Shown: positions 1 through 13,887 of the stretch, piece after piece
Layout: each line of letters begins with the position of its first letter
Numbering within the stretch: the first letter of the stretch is position 1
NCBI RefSeq assembly: GCF_036321535.1
Contig: NC_087437.1
Coordinates: 103,294,001 to 103,358,000, forward strand
Reading direction: 5' to 3'
Length of the DNA: 64,000 nt
From: Camelus dromedarius
Taxonomy: Eukaryota
Made by a program: the position numbers and the translations under genes
Notes under the pieces: generated by a model
What the model saw: only the letters and a program-made list of their open reading frames with translations
What the model was told of the DNA's origin: nothing
Database searches by the model: none

Positions 1-2174
1 ATTTATCCCTGAGATGCAAAGATGGTTCCACATATGCAAATCAATCAATGTGATAAGTCACATTAATAGAATGAAAGCAAAAAATCATATGATCATATCA
101 ATAGATGCAGAAAAATCACTTGACAAAAATTCAACATTTTTCGCAATAAAAACTCTTAACAAATTGGGCATAGAAGGAACTTTTCTCAACATAATAAATA
201 TCATAAATGATAAGCACACAGCCAACATCAGACTTAGTGTTGAACCACTGAGGAAAAAGACAAGGGTGTCTACTCTCACCACTCCTATTCAACAAGGTCC
301 TAGAAGCCCTAGATGGAGTGATTGGGTAGGAAAAAGAAATAAAAGGTATCAGAATTGGAAAGGAAGAAGTAAACTTGTCTCTGTTTACAAAGGACATGAT
401 TTTAGACCAACCAAAAAAGTGCTAAAGTAACATAAAAAAATCTGTAGTGTTTGGATATATCAACAATGAATTTTCTGACAAAGAAATAAAGAAGCTGATC
501 CCATTTACAATAACATCAAAACCCATAAAATATTCAGGAATAAATTTAACTAACGAGGTGAAAGATCTCTATTCTAAAAACTATAAGACATTGATGAAAG
601 AAATCAAAGACCTAAATAAATGAAAAGGTATCAGTTTTCACGGATTAGAAGAACTGATGTTAAAATATCCATATTACCAAAAGTCATCTATAGATTCAAG
701 GCAGTCTCTATCAGGATTCTAATGGAATTTTTCACAGAAGTAGAAGTCATATCTTCTAAAATATATACAGAACCACAAAAAAATCCCTAATAGCCAATGA
801 AATCCTGAGAAAGAATAGAGCAGGAGGCATCACACTTCCTGATTTCAAGCTATACTATAAAACTCTAATCATCAAAACAGTATGGTCTAGCATAAAAACA
901 GACAAATAGACCAATGGACCAGAACTGAGAGCTCAGAAATAAACCCAAGCATATTTTCTCTACTAATATATGACAAGGGAGCCAAGAATACTCAATGGAG
1001 AAAAGACAATCTCATCAATAAATTGTGCTGAGATAATTGACTATTCATATATAAAAGAATGAAACTGGACCCACACTTTACGCCACAAAATTACTCACAA
1101 AAATTAACTCAAAGTGGCTGAAAGACTTACATGTGAGACCTAAAACCATAAAACTCCCAGAAGAAAACTTAGGAATAAAGCTCTTTGACGTAGTTCTTGG
1201 CAATGATTTTTTTGGATTATGCCACCTAAAGCACAAGCAACAAAATAAAAAATAAACAAGTGGGGCCACGTGAAACTAAAAAACTTCTATATGGCACAGA
1301 AACCATCAACAAAGTGAAAAGACAACCTACAGAATGGGAAAAAAAATATTTACAATCCATATATCTAATAAAGGGTTAATATATAAAATATATAAAGAAC
1401 TGATTCAACTCAATAGCAACAAAACCCCAAATAACCCAAGTGAAAAATGAGCAAAGGGCCTAAATAGACATTTCTATGAAGAAAATAAAAGTATGGCCAA
1501 CATGTACATGAAAAGATGCTCAGCATCACTAGTGAAATGCAAATTAAAACCCCAAAGAAGTATCACTTCATGCCTGTTAGAATGGCCATCGTCAAAAAGA
1601 CAAGAGATGATAAATTCTGGCATAGATGTGGAGAAAAGGGAACCCTTGAGCACTGTTGTTGGGACTGTAAATTGGTGCAGCCACCATGGATAACAGTACA
1701 AAGGATCCTTAAAAAAATTAAAAATAGGACTACCACATGATCCAGCAATTCCACTTCTAGGAATTTATTCAAAGGAAGTAGAAACTCAATAACTCAAATA
1801 GTGATAACTCAAAAAGTTTTCTTTACCCCTATGTTCAAAGCAACAGTATGTACAATTGCTAAGACATGGAAACAACCTAACTGTCCATGGATGGATGAAT
1901 GGGTAAAGAAGTTGTATATACATACAATGGATTGTTATGCAGCCATAAAATGAGGAAATCCTACCATTTGCAACAGCATAGATAGACCTTGAAGGCACTA
2001 TGCTAAGTGAAATAAGCCAGACAGAGAAAGACTCATAGTGTATAATATCACTTATATGTAAAAATTAAACAAACCAACAAACTCAGAGGAAAAGGTATCA
2101 GACTTGTGAATACCAAGGGCATAGGGTAGGGGAAAGGGGAATTGGAGGAAGGTAGTCAAAAGGTACAAACTTCT
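1..2174 (+). mobile_element. LINE-1 fragment: 3' half of ORF2 (RT and C-terminal region) plus 3'UTR, degraded; runs off the window start
   Basis: Translations match L1 ORF2 ([72 protein letters not shown]). The catalytic LFADDMI motif reads LFTKDMI at about 381-401. There are frameshifts and small deletions, and L1 3'UTR motifs extend to about 2174. Confidence 0.95.
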
Positions 2175-3874
2175 GAGGCAGAAGTACCTCTAGTGCTGTA
2201 CCCACTTTATCAGCTCCTGGAGAGTCCCCATGATTTATCTGAAGTAGTAGTCTAGAATTCTTTCCTTGAGGAACACCTACTTTCTGAACTACCTTTATGT
2301 AGATCAGGGCCTGTGAAGGAAGGATCAAGAAAGCTCTTATCTGTAACTTATCTGTTAGTTATTAGTGCTGCTGAGTTATCATTTTTAAGAAGATAAAGTA
2401 TGGGTCTCATACAAGTATAAAATGTGCGTGTATCAAATATTTTAACCCATTAATTAATGTGGAAACTAGTAAGATGTTGAAATCAGTTCAAAGAAGAATT
2501 TGAAGAACATATGTATAAAATATAAATATAAATTTGTATATATGATATATATATGGAATTCCAAGGCAAGTTTGCTAACAGATGTAAAATAGGTTCATAT
2601 CTTCTAGGGGAATAAAACACAAATGCAACAACTGAGGTCATATTTTCTACAGAGCAGAAGTCAATTGTGTCTCCACTAAAAAAAAAATAAAAATCATTCA
2701 CCTTCCTAGCAGATACTCTTAGAGACCACTTCACTAAGAGGAAAAACTCTGAGTTATGGAATAGTTCAACCCCAGCCATCTCACCACCACTACCTGCTAA
2801 AATATCTAGCCTCTCCGGCATCTACGAGCTCCAGGAGAATTGGTGGAAACTCAATTTGTAGAAAACTATTTGACTGCAAACAAATTGATCAAAATAACAA
2901 ATTGGTCAAAATAGAATACTCATACTTTTGGGGCTTTTATTTAATGGTACCTTTTAAATATCAGAGGAAATTAGTGTTCTTTAATTTGTCATAAGCCTTT
3001 TAAGCCATTTTTTAATGTATGCAAATTTATCATTTAAATTTTTAAGTGTATTTTCAGTCAATTATGTCTACTCTATTTTATGGCATATTTTCATGACATT
3101 TTAAATACTACTTCCCACTCCGTGGTTTTTCAAAAACAACTTTGTTGAAATGAATGTTCTAATCATCAAAATTTATATAAACAAATTTTGAGCAACCAGG
3201 GTAATACAAAATTTTAAAACACTAGTAACTTCCTAAGCTACTGCTTAATTATATATTTTTTATTTCATTTAATCATATGAAGTCCACAATTCCTATTTGA
3301 CCATGGTTTTACTCTTAAAATTACATTAAAATATTTGAACAGTTTTCAATTAGCATAATTTGCTTTGGTATGGCACAATTATTATTTGCAGTTGTAATAA
3401 AATTGAATTTCCATTGTTAAGAAAATGCATCCAGGATTTGGAAATACATTAAAGTTTAAAATATGCCAGATTTATAAACAGAATAATATTTCTAAAACCT
3501 TTAGAAAAAACTAAGTATTTGTGTTTAGATATCTAATGAATATTAATTTATAAAGCCAAAAGATAACATCTAAATAATATTTTCTATGCTCAAAATTACA
3601 CATATGGGCAGTTTTCATTAAAAACGAAATAAAACCTTGATATACTCCCATACTTTTATTTTCTCTAACAGAATATGGTGAGAAAAAGTGAACTTCTTTT
3701 CAATAGAAACAGCTAATACTTCCTTAGTGGATCCAAGATGATCGACGGCTTCTTTCCCTCTGGTTGTTAATAGATCTACAAAATTGACTTCCACTATTCT
3801 ATGAGGAAGCACTAACACTTCAAAAGAAAAACGTAGGCTAGGAAGATGTTTGGTATGCTAAAACAGACACAACA

Positions 3875-4328
3875 TGAAATTGGCCATTTAAACATTTTAC
3901 ACATACTATTCAGTCTCCTTAATTGCATTTACTTCACTGCTATCCACCTCCAGAATTTTTTCATCATCCCAACTGAAACTCTGTATCCATTAAACAATAT
4001 CTCCTCATTCTCCCACTCCCCTCCAGCCCTGACACCTCTCCTGTACTTTGGTTCCCTATGAATTTGACTATTCTTGGTATCTCATATACGTGGAATCATG
4101 CAATATTTGTTATTTCGTGTCTGACTTATCTCACTCAACGTAATGTCTTCAAGGTTTATCCGTGTTGAAGCATGTATCAGAATTTTGCTGCTTTTTAAGG
4201 CTAAGTATTTCATTATTTGTATATACCGCGTTGATTCATCCATTCATTTGTTTCTGGGCATTAGGGCTGTTTCCACTTTTTGGCTATTGTGAATAATGTT
4301 GCTCTGAACATCGTTGTGCAAATATCAG
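3875..4328 (-). mobile_element. Old LINE-1 (L1MA/L1MB-like) 3' end
   Basis: Typical antisense L1 3' text: ccagaattttttcatcatcccaactgaaactctgta; gtggaatcatgcaatatttg; ttggctattgtgaataatgttgctctgaacat. Confidence 0.85.
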
Positions 4329-5479
4329 TGGGGTCAGGGTGATTAAAAACCACAAAAAAATTCCTATTGTTTTGAAGGTGACTTTTGCTTGATTAAGCAT
4401 TAGCTTGATTGTTGTAGATCTTCAACTGTTTTCCAGGGATCCTGTAAGCCTATTACAACCAGTTTCTGGTTGTTTTTTGATGTTTCTGTGGGTAAATCAG
4501 AGTTTGGATCTTTATATCCCAACATTTTTCTCTGTAAGAGAAACGTTTACCCAGAGTTGACACAACAATTTTTTTTGGCCTAAAAATGGTAAGCTTGTTA
4601 CTTTGTGATATGGAAAATAGCTTACTGTGCACTAAAAGGCATATTAAACTTTTTATGATACTCATAGTACACAAATATACACTTAACAGACTGTTCATAC
4701 ACCAGAGAAGTTCCCAGTATACTGAAATAATACCATACATTTTGCTTTTCAGAAGCTGTATGAGATTGGTGGGGAAGCTACTATTATCTTTATATCACAT
4801 ATAAGGGAATTTAAGCTTAGAGACAAAATTGATCTACAGCACTCCTAAGTAGTGAACCAAAAACTTGAACACATAATAGGTGATTTCTCCTTGTCAGCAC
4901 ATTTTCCAGAGCCTCTTCTAATTGGATTTGTCTGTTTGAATTTATAGACTCAATGTTTAGGCAAAACTTCCCTGGCAATTCTTATAACACCAAGCATAGG
5001 ATATATCCAAGGACCATAACCATTAATTATACAATTCTCTTAGTCTTCCTGAGGCTTTAATAAGTTATGGAAACATAAATATTGGTGGTGGATAGTTTAA
5101 AATTAAGTTTCAGTTGCCTACATGTACTCAATGTTAAGCCCTTTCCCAAGTCTCTGCTCATCTTTAGCTGTAAAATTTGGACCAGGACTTGGACCACAGG
5201 CAGCTGGAATAGTGGGTTAGGTTTAGCTTGTGAATACAGCAAGACATGATTAGAACAAACCCAATAGATATAAACTGCAATTAAACAATACGATATAGCA
5301 TGTATATATATGCATATATATATCTTTTTTTTTTTTACTTCACAACATGAGTATGAATAAATATGCCTCGAAGTAAAATGATTTTTTTAAATTTCTAGTA
5401 TTCTAAGGCTGAGAACAATCATACATCTGATAAGGGCAAGCTCAATGGCTTTTATATTCTCATATTATTTGATGCCTTT

Positions 5480-5990
5480 TGGCTTCTGAACCATCCTTTA
5501 CTTTGATTCTCCTTCTTCCTTTCTGGCTATTCATTCTCAGAATCAATTGCTGACTCTTACTCCTCTCACACACGAGACTTGGCAGATATTTTTCAGGTTC
5601 AATTTCGTTAGTGTTCTCATCTCTCTTTTCACGATCTGTCTGATGATCTAATCTCACAGTTTCAACCGTGATCTTCATACTGAAGTTTATAAAGTCTGTC
5701 CTGAGATCTAAAACTGTGGTTATTCAGTTATGCATTTATTCATATCATATACTTATTTTAAAGGTATTCATCAAACATCCTTTTTCACTATATCTCTTTA
5801 GTATTTCCGATATGATGTCCCCAAGAAGCTTAAATTCAGTGGGTCTCATTGTGACCTCATTCTCTATACTTTCAGTTCACTTCCTTTTCAGTTCTCCTAT
5901 CTCCATTAAAATTAACTTCATGATTTATTTGCTCAACTTAAAATCCTAAATTTCTCTTTCCTTCCCACCCTTATTGAATCAATGTTGATA
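5480..5990 (+). mobile_element. Degraded LINE-2 fragment
   Basis: Pyrimidine-rich sequence resembling the distal part of L2 ORF2; highly diverged. Confidence 0.4.
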
Positions 5991-6819
5991 TAACTCAAAT
6001 CTCCATCTTAGGGAACTTCATTAATAAGTGGCTTTCCTAGTTAAAAGAAAAGAAAACGAAGCAATAATTTCCTTTATATAAAATCATATTCACTTACTGT
6101 AAATAAGCATGAGAATTAATTTGAGTCTCTAAGGCACAAACAAGCTGAATCATGAAGATGTTACTAAGGATGTATAAAATTTGAATCCAAAATTCACACT
6201 TGAATAGTGAGAAGTTGGTTAGTGTCCAAAAGTTTTATTAAGCATTTCAAATATCTTAAATCTTAGAGCCTTTATTCAGAAGTTCTTACAGAACATGGTA
6301 GGATAATTAAATAAAAACAAACAAATTAAACAAAACTATCTATCCAGAGGCAATGTGCTTGAACTTCTGGAACTAATTCTTAAGTGATTCTTCCTGAGGT
6401 CACATTATATTGTTTTAAAATGGCACTGGAGAATGAGTAAATGGAAACAATAAGATTTTACAAGAGTGAAAGCATTTATGAAACCATATAACTGCCGAAG
6501 AACATATTTTAAAGCATCTTAAATGGCTTGATTAATGAATAATTTAAAAAGTCATTGTAGCTAAGTACTCCATGTCAAATGACCTTTACCCCTTGGGCAT
6601 CTGATAAGGAGAGATTCAGCTTTAAACAATATAAGATGAATGAGAAATTCACATGCTCATCACTGAGCCATCCATTTTATGAAATGATTATTTTTCCCCC
6701 CTCTCTTTAGATTTCTCTGTATCTTTTCATACAGAATGACATACAACGACTGTGAGAAATTAAGAAAGAAGTGAGTAACAGGAGAAAATTTGCAATAACC
6801 CATAAATGCTTGTAGCAAA

Positions 6820-7250
6820 ACTGCCTTAGTCCTTGAAGCTGTGTACATAATTTCTATATGTGTCAAACACTGTTGTATCTGTGCCTTTTACTCTGCTATT
6901 TCTCTATGTTTAGAATTTGCTTTCCTTTTTCTATGTCTGAATTCTCCTTAACTTTCAGTACCTAATTTATTATGAAACATACCCTGATTGTCCTATTGCT
7001 TGTTCATGATAAATTCTTCATCACTTCCATGTGTTCTCTGCCATACATTTTATTTATAGGTGCTATTACATGTATCAATATTTATGTGCATATATGATGT
7101 AAACCTTATGTACTTAGTATATTCTCTTCCTCACCCATTAAAATGTTAGCTCTTTGAGGTCAGAGACTAGTAGTTTTGTATCTCCTTGGGAATAACAAAA
7201 AGACTTAAACATAATAATTACATAAAATTGGTGAGTTAGTTGAATGCAGT
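6820..7250 (+). mobile_element. LINE-2 3' end
   Basis: ttaaaatgttagctctttgaggtcagagac...ttttgtatctcc...gagttagttgaatg resembles the L2 3' terminus. Confidence 0.55.
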
Positions 7251-10200
7251 GTTCCACAAGATTAATTTACTGCTCATTAATTTGTCTGGGAGTCCAAAAG
7301 CTTTCATGATTTGAACTCTGCTTAGTTGTAACTATACCTTGATATTAGTCCACACAGATATTCTATGATTTAATTCAAAAATAACAGTTAAGAATGACTA
7401 CTATAATTAAATATATTATCCATTTATTTCATAAAACCATACATATATATGTATATATATAATTTCTTATTTATAATGACCACTATATGAGTTTTAAGAA
7501 GCACAGAAGAAAATAAGTGTTTAATACCACCTATCCAAAAAGACAAGCAAAGATCTTTAGATCTTTTCTGGTTATTAAACACATTCAGAATCTTCCCTTG
7601 GCAATGATCTCTCTAGCTGGATATCTACTGGAGTAGAAATGACTTTAGTTTAATTAAAGTCCTTATTGACATAGTTGCTTCTAAAATATAGGATGATCCT
7701 TCTGGAACAAGCAACGGCCATCCTATTCCTTTTAGTAGCCGGGGTGTTATTTCTGATAGGGCTATTTCCTATTCACCTTACTTTTAACAAAGAAATCACC
7801 TCCAGTGCTACAACTCTCCTTTACAGTTCTAGAGATTGGAAACATGGATATTTATTGCAGTTAAGGAACTAAGAATTTTAAAGAGGCAATTTGCCAAAGC
7901 TGGCTGATAAATGACCTCATTCTCCTTCAAGTTTATTGTCAACACCGTGCTGTGCTGGCACTCCAAGCTGCACGATGTGGTTCATGTCATTCTGCGTGAG
8001 TTTCAGGGGCACAGCTCTCAATGCAGAAGTGTGCTTGAATGGCTGATTTTATTTGTTTGCCAAAGACTCTTTTACAATTCATCCAAGCAGGAAAAGGCTA
8101 TTTTAAACAGTTTCAAATAATTATAATTTAAAATCCCAATACACAAGCTTCCCTCCTCTAGTCGAGGAGGGTGGGCTTCATGGTTTTGCAGCCTGTGCAC
8201 TTAGAGGGCTTTGTTCCTGATTTTATGTTCAGCTGTCACTGTCTTGAAATTCTTAGTAATTTTTGAACAAAAAAATCACTTGTTATTTCATTTCATTTTG
8301 TTTTGTAATGGCTGTGGTTTCATGGTTTAAAATGAGTTGAGAGGTTTTGGCTCCTGATGAGGGCAGGTATAAACCAATCAGGTAAATTTTCTATATTTCC
8401 AATTCCCTAAATTAGCAGTTGATATATTTTTGAGAAATTGCATTGCAAACTTTTATTTTAGCAGTAGAACCCCACAGCCTTTTTTTTTTTTTTTTTTTTT
8501 TTGGCTTCCTAATGAAGTGTTACGCAGAAGTCCACCCTCTCTGCAGCCATTAAAAGTGGAGCTGATCTGGTACAAGTGTGGGCTGAAGGGGAAGGAAAGT
8601 TCACTTTCCTCTGGGCAGAGATGGAGAAGCTGGTTTTAAGACAGTGATGCCCACTGTCCCTAAAGAGCCCACATATGAACAAAACACTGTTTGAAGATCA
8701 CAGTGAAGGCTAAAGCTACTGGAACAATTGCAGGTAAATGAAAGTTGTTCACATTCAGAACCAGAACATTTTATTTAGAGGACTAAAGAAGCACCTGAAT
8801 TGAATGGGGCTTAAGAAAGGTACTGTTCTTGGGTGCTTGATATAAAAATGTAAGTAAAACACAAAGGGTTCCAAGAGGTTTACAATCTAGTCACTGTTAG
8901 GGTTTTAAACCTCAGATAATATTTATCTTTATATCTGAACATAGAATATGGCAGATTGTAAAGTGTACAGTTAGGGGATATACAGACTCTAAATCATTGT
9001 TGTGGTAATTTTAAATTTATTGAAGAAATAGGACACATTTTTTAGTATCAGTTTTTAGGCCATTGCTATGACCTTATGTACGGTTGTGTAAAATTGTCTG
9101 ATTAGAACTGGGTGTATAATACAGACCTGTTTCACTTTATTGAAATTAGAAATGGCTCAGACACAAGGCCATTAACGGGAGCTCAAAGAACTATTCCATT
9201 ATGAACTGTCTTGAAATATTGGTAAACATCGCTCAGCATCCAAATTGAGCTTTAGACTCACTATCTCATTATATGAGTGCAAGGCATGAATTTTATGTGT
9301 TGAAACCACGTCAAGCACTGTTAAACTGACAAGGGTATAGACAAGAAACAATACAGACCTCTTGGAAACTCTCATTACTGCTTTCAGTCAGGAGCCTACA
9401 GGTGTGTAGTTGGAACAGAGAGATATAGAGAAATTTTTACAACCTGTCACAGATCAATATTCTAAATGCACACTTTTTTAGGGAAACACAACACAGTGAT
9501 CCTTTTCCAATGGGCATATCAGCTTGATTAGCAAAATCATATTTCAACTTTACCTGTACACTTGAATATAAATATTCGGATATGCATTTTATGTGGACAA
9601 ATATTTCAAAGACTCTAAAGTGGATTCAAGGATACACTTCAAAGTTGATTTACTAACGAGGGGTATGGCATTTTGATGATCATTTAAATCTCTTTCCTGG
9701 AATATCTATTTATTCTTTTAAAGTGGTGATGGGGGTCCTAATGCCTCAGTCATACCTGGCCCTACTGGCTGGATTTTTTGTGATGGAAATAATGTGGATT
9801 GCATCAGTTTCCCTAAAAGCCAATTCAGGAACTTGGAAGGACTTGGCATCAGTGGGAAGACTACTGACCAATTAAATGACTCCTTCCACAGAAAAAAAAA
9901 TATGCCTTCTAGAAACATTTAGAAAAACACTATTTGACAACCAGTTTTTTAGTTAGCATTCTTATCTTACTCTGAGAATCACTGGGCTTTGATATTAAGG
10001 AGTCTATTCATTTGAGGGTTATGCCAATTATATGGTTCAATGTTTGCTGTTTACTTTTTCTTTAAATAAACAAATACTGGGAATGAAAGGGTATCGGGCC
10101 CACTGAAAGTGTCTGGAATCAGCAAGAAGCAGAGGCCTGAACATCAGAAAGGTAAACAGGAAGACTAGGTACCTCTACACATATTCAAAGAATGAAGACC

Positions 10201-10289
10201 ACCAGGAGGCAGAATTTGATCATCAAAGCGTATGTTGAAAGGGAAGAGGACAATCTAGTGCAAAAGTAATGCCCCGCAGACCAAGGCCC

Positions 10290-10500
10290 ACCTGGGTTAC
10301 AGGCATGACCCTACAGTTTACATACAGCTCACAGATGAGCTCACTACATATTGCTGAGCCTCGCTTTATTCATTTGCAGCAGGAGAATGATGACATCTTC
10401 CTAGACAGTAGAATGGAAATTAAATTATATCATGTAGTTAAAACAGCTGGTAGAGAAACTGGTGCACTGCAATTGCTCCTAAATTTTGGCTATTGTTACT
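10290..10500 (+). mobile_element. MIR SINE (diverged)
   Basis: Core-like ctgagcctcgctttattcatttgcagcaggagaatgatgac and tail gaaattaaattatatcatgtagttaaaacagctgg...tgctcctaaattttggctattgtt. Confidence 0.6.
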
Positions 10501-10656
10501 GGCTTTCCAACAAAGTATATTCCTGATATATCAAAATTGGTAAGTGCCCATAAGATACATTATTATAAAAACCTATCTGAGGAAAAAAAAAATTGTCATT
10601 AACTCATTCTTTTCTCTTTCTAGGATAAAGCACTTTGATTTTATTTATTTTCTTTT

Positions 10657-10811
10657 TTTTTAAATTACCTTTATTATTTATAGACTTTTGAGGGGGGTAG
10701 GTGATTAGGCTTATTTATTTATTTTAATGGAGGTACTGGGGATTGAATCCAGGACCTTGTGTATGTATGTGTATGCGCTCTACCACTGAGCTATACCTTC
10801 CTCCCCCCCCC
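10657..10811 (-). mobile_element. Camelid tRNA-derived SINE (Vic-1 type) with TSD
   Basis: The minus strand reads GGTATAGCTCAGTGGTAGAGCGC (A box)...GGTCCTGGATTCAATCCCCAGTACCTCC (B box), then an AT-rich tail. A 19-bp TSD attttattta(t/c)tttctttt lies at 10638-10656 and 10812-10830. Confidence 0.9.
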
Positions 10812-10844
10812 ATTTTATTTACTTTCTTTTGTGTAATAGGCATT

Positions 10845-11085
10845 TTAGTATAATGAGTAATAGCATGGATTGTGGTCCCAGTCTGTCTGTGTTCAAATCT
10901 TGATTCTGACTTTCTCACTGTGTGACCTTGAACAAGTTGCTTACCCTTTCTGTGTCCTGGTTTCTTTGTACATGAATAATATTAGAAAATGAATTCTAGA
11001 ATTGCTATGAAGACTAAATAAGTTAATTTTAAATAATTTATATTAGTTGTCATATAGAAAATACTATATAAATAATAATAGCTAT
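10845..11085 (+). mobile_element. MIR SINE
   Basis: gtgttcaaatcttgattctgactttctcactgtgtgaccttgaacaagttgcttaccctttctgtgtcc is the MIR head and core. Confidence 0.8.
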
Positions 11086-12059
11086 ATTTTTCAATAAAAT
11101 ATTTTGAGCTATTCATCTACATTTAATGTTGGAACCTCTATTTCATACATTTTTGGGGCAGACTTCTCAGTAAAAAATATTTACAAAAACTATAAATTAA
11201 TTTGCCAAAATATTAGTATTGTTACGATGGCTTTAAATATTAGTATCAATTTCTAAATTAATATAATCGTTGGACTTCTTAGGAACCAGAAAACATGTTG
11301 TTCCCTGAAGTCAGTGTATACATACATTCGTGAATATTTCCTTTATATACTTTATATTACCTAAAACATATTTTATATTTATATCTAGATATATTATAAA
11401 TATATTTAAATATGTAAATGAAATATGTATTTTATACATAGATACTTGCATACTTTTTCTATACATACATACTCACAACAACCTATCTTGTAGATATTTT
11501 TGGACTGAGAATTTCCAAAGTTAATTAATCTCTTTCCATATATGTACAACATTTTTGAGATCATTATTCATCTAGAACCCTTTAGCTCGATGTGTTTAAC
11601 GCTGTCTTTTTCTCTGCATTTTGTGTCTATGATTTAAAAAAAATCCATCCACTATTCAACAGAACTTTGTCATAAATTATAAAAGTAAAAAACTCAATTA
11701 ATTAAAAAATATTGTTTTGTTCCCTTGAAAAATGTATGACCTCTTTGTTCTTCTGAAGAGTTACTTTACCTTTTAAAATACGTATATAAAAATTACATTT
11801 TATATTAATATATATTATATTTGTAATTAATATATCATATTAATATATTATATGTTACTGTCACTATATATTATATATCCATATCTCTGTCCATCTATCT
11901 AACTACGGATCCCCTTTAGGATGTAAACTTTCCTGGGTTTACAAACATTCTTTATTTTCAAATGCATATTTGAATCTTTGTTTAAATGTGTACTTTATTT
12001 TCTATTATCTTTCCCATTTTTCAAAAACATACTTGAAGCACTCCTTGAATAATTATTAT

Positions 12060-12397
12060 TTGTGGTATTTTATTATAGCAGTCTGAATGGACTAAAGCAA
12101 AATTATTTTAGAGACCATTTTAATGAACCCAAGCTAGTCTCTTGGATGCTGTGAGACAGACGACCACATCGTCCTCACTGGTTCAGTTGACATTGAGGTG
12201 AAATACAGGCATGTGAGTGAGGCTGTCTTAGACCATCTAGCCTCAGCCACATCATCAGCTGACAGCAACTCTATGAGCACATCTCTAAGAGGTTAGCTAA
12301 GCCAGCCCAAGACAGAATCTCAAGCTAAACAGACCAATTGTTTTAAACCACTGTGTTCTGGAGTTAACCTTTTATTAAGCAAAAGCTAACTGATAAA
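12060..12397 (+). mobile_element. ERVL-MaLR (MLT1) LTR fragments
   Basis: ggcatgtgagtgaggctgtcttagacc, and the 3' end ttgttttaaaccactgtgttctggagt...agcaaaagctaactgata. A short second LTR end (tgtggtattttattatagcagtctgaatggactaa) lies at 12061-12097. Confidence 0.7.
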
Positions 12398-13131
12398 TGA
12401 CTGTTCTCTGCAGATCATTATGTTTTCAATTGAGAAAAGCTGTATTAGAAGTTGCTGACATAATGGAAAAATTCAGCAAATCCTCCTAAAAAATAGATAC
12501 TCTGAAATGTTTGATCTTAAAATGTGTAATTATTTCAGCCCCAACATTTTCAAAATTATTGTCTTTTTCTTGCAAATAGAATACCTTTCTTTGATAAAAT
12601 ATTTGCAATTCAGGATTTGACATGCTATTTCTTTTTATTTACATGTCTTTTAATTTTTAAAATCAAATTTGATGATGTAAAATTCTGCATCTTCTCAAAC
12701 ACATACCATTGCAGGAAAAAATATGTTTGCCCAATTAAAAAATGTATACTTTGCCTTCAGTCTTTATACATGTTTAAGAAAAATTGGATTTAAGTGGAAT
12801 TAGTTTATAAGAATAGGCATTTGGTTAAAATAAAACATACTTCACAAAATGATAAGTAAAAATGCAGTCAGCAGTGTTGCATCAACCTCTTCAGCCATAA
12901 CTTCTTAAAATTGTTACTCATTTTTGAGAGATGTTGGTGATAATCTAGTGAATTGATGTCATCTTTTTTTTTCCCTAATGGTCCATGATTTCATTACTTG
13001 CCTATGGTGAATGGAAAATGTTAACAGATATTTTGTGCAAATTACAAATTTGCCTTGAAGTTTTTTAAGATGTGGAAATTCAGAAATCAAATTTTCATCA
13101 AACATTAACACTTGCATCAAGAACATATGAA

Positions 13132-13601
13132 CGCCATTTGAAGCAACATGGATGTCCCTGGAGAATGTTATTCTAAGTGAAGTAAGCCAGAAAGAGAAAG
13201 AAAAATACCATATGAGATCGCTCATATATGGAATCTAAAAAAAAAAAAAGAAAGAAAGAAAAGAAAAAGACAAATGAACATAATCACAAAACGGAAACAG
13301 ACTCATAGATATAGAATACAAGCTTGTGGTTGCCAAGAGGGAAGGGGGTGGGAGGGGACAGACTGGGAAATCTGTAGATACTGACAGGTATATATAGAAT
13401 AGATAAACAAGATTATATTGTATAGCACAGAGAAATATATACAAGATCTCGTGGTAGCTCACAGTGAAAAAGAATGTGACAATGAATATATGTATGTTCA
13501 TGTATAACTGAAAAATTGTACTCTACACTGGAAATTGACACAACATTGTAAACTGACTATAACTCAATAAAATAAAATTTTTTTAAAAAGTATAAAAAAA
13601 T
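13132..13601 (+). mobile_element. Young, 5'-truncated lineage-specific LINE-1 3' end with TSD
   Basis: Starts gccatttgaagcaacatggatgtccctggagaatgttattctaagtgaagtaagccag and ends gacacaacattgtaaactgactataactcaataaa plus an A-rich tail. It is flanked by AACATATGAA at 13122-13131 and 13604-13613. Confidence 0.92.
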
Positions 13602-13887
13602 AAAACATATGAATTACTCTCTATATGCTCTATGGGAGGATTGCCCAGCCTCTATTTTCCACACTTCACATATATCTGAGCTATAATTTGTCGTATTTCT
13701 TACTGACCTCACTGATTGGTGTCCTGGCCCTTGGTGCATGTCAGCATTTGGGCCATGAACAACAGTACCACTAGCTGGGAAATCAAGTGACCAGCAGGGA
13801 AAGTAGCGACGCACACTTTCCCCTCTGCTAACAGACCAAAGGGCATTAGCCATTCCTAGCCATTCATGGCTAATTGTACCTTTATTT

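Noticed and set aside
14..430. 138-aa ORF with reverse-transcriptase similarity, as an active RT gene or novel RT system
   Set aside because: It is a frameshifted fragment of ordinary L1 ORF2 with deletions and a destroyed FADD motif.
10724..10811. tRNA gene (also at about 28640-28715 and 36655-36731)
   Set aside because: These have A/B boxes but also AT-rich tails and TSDs and lack an intact cloverleaf, so they are SINE heads.
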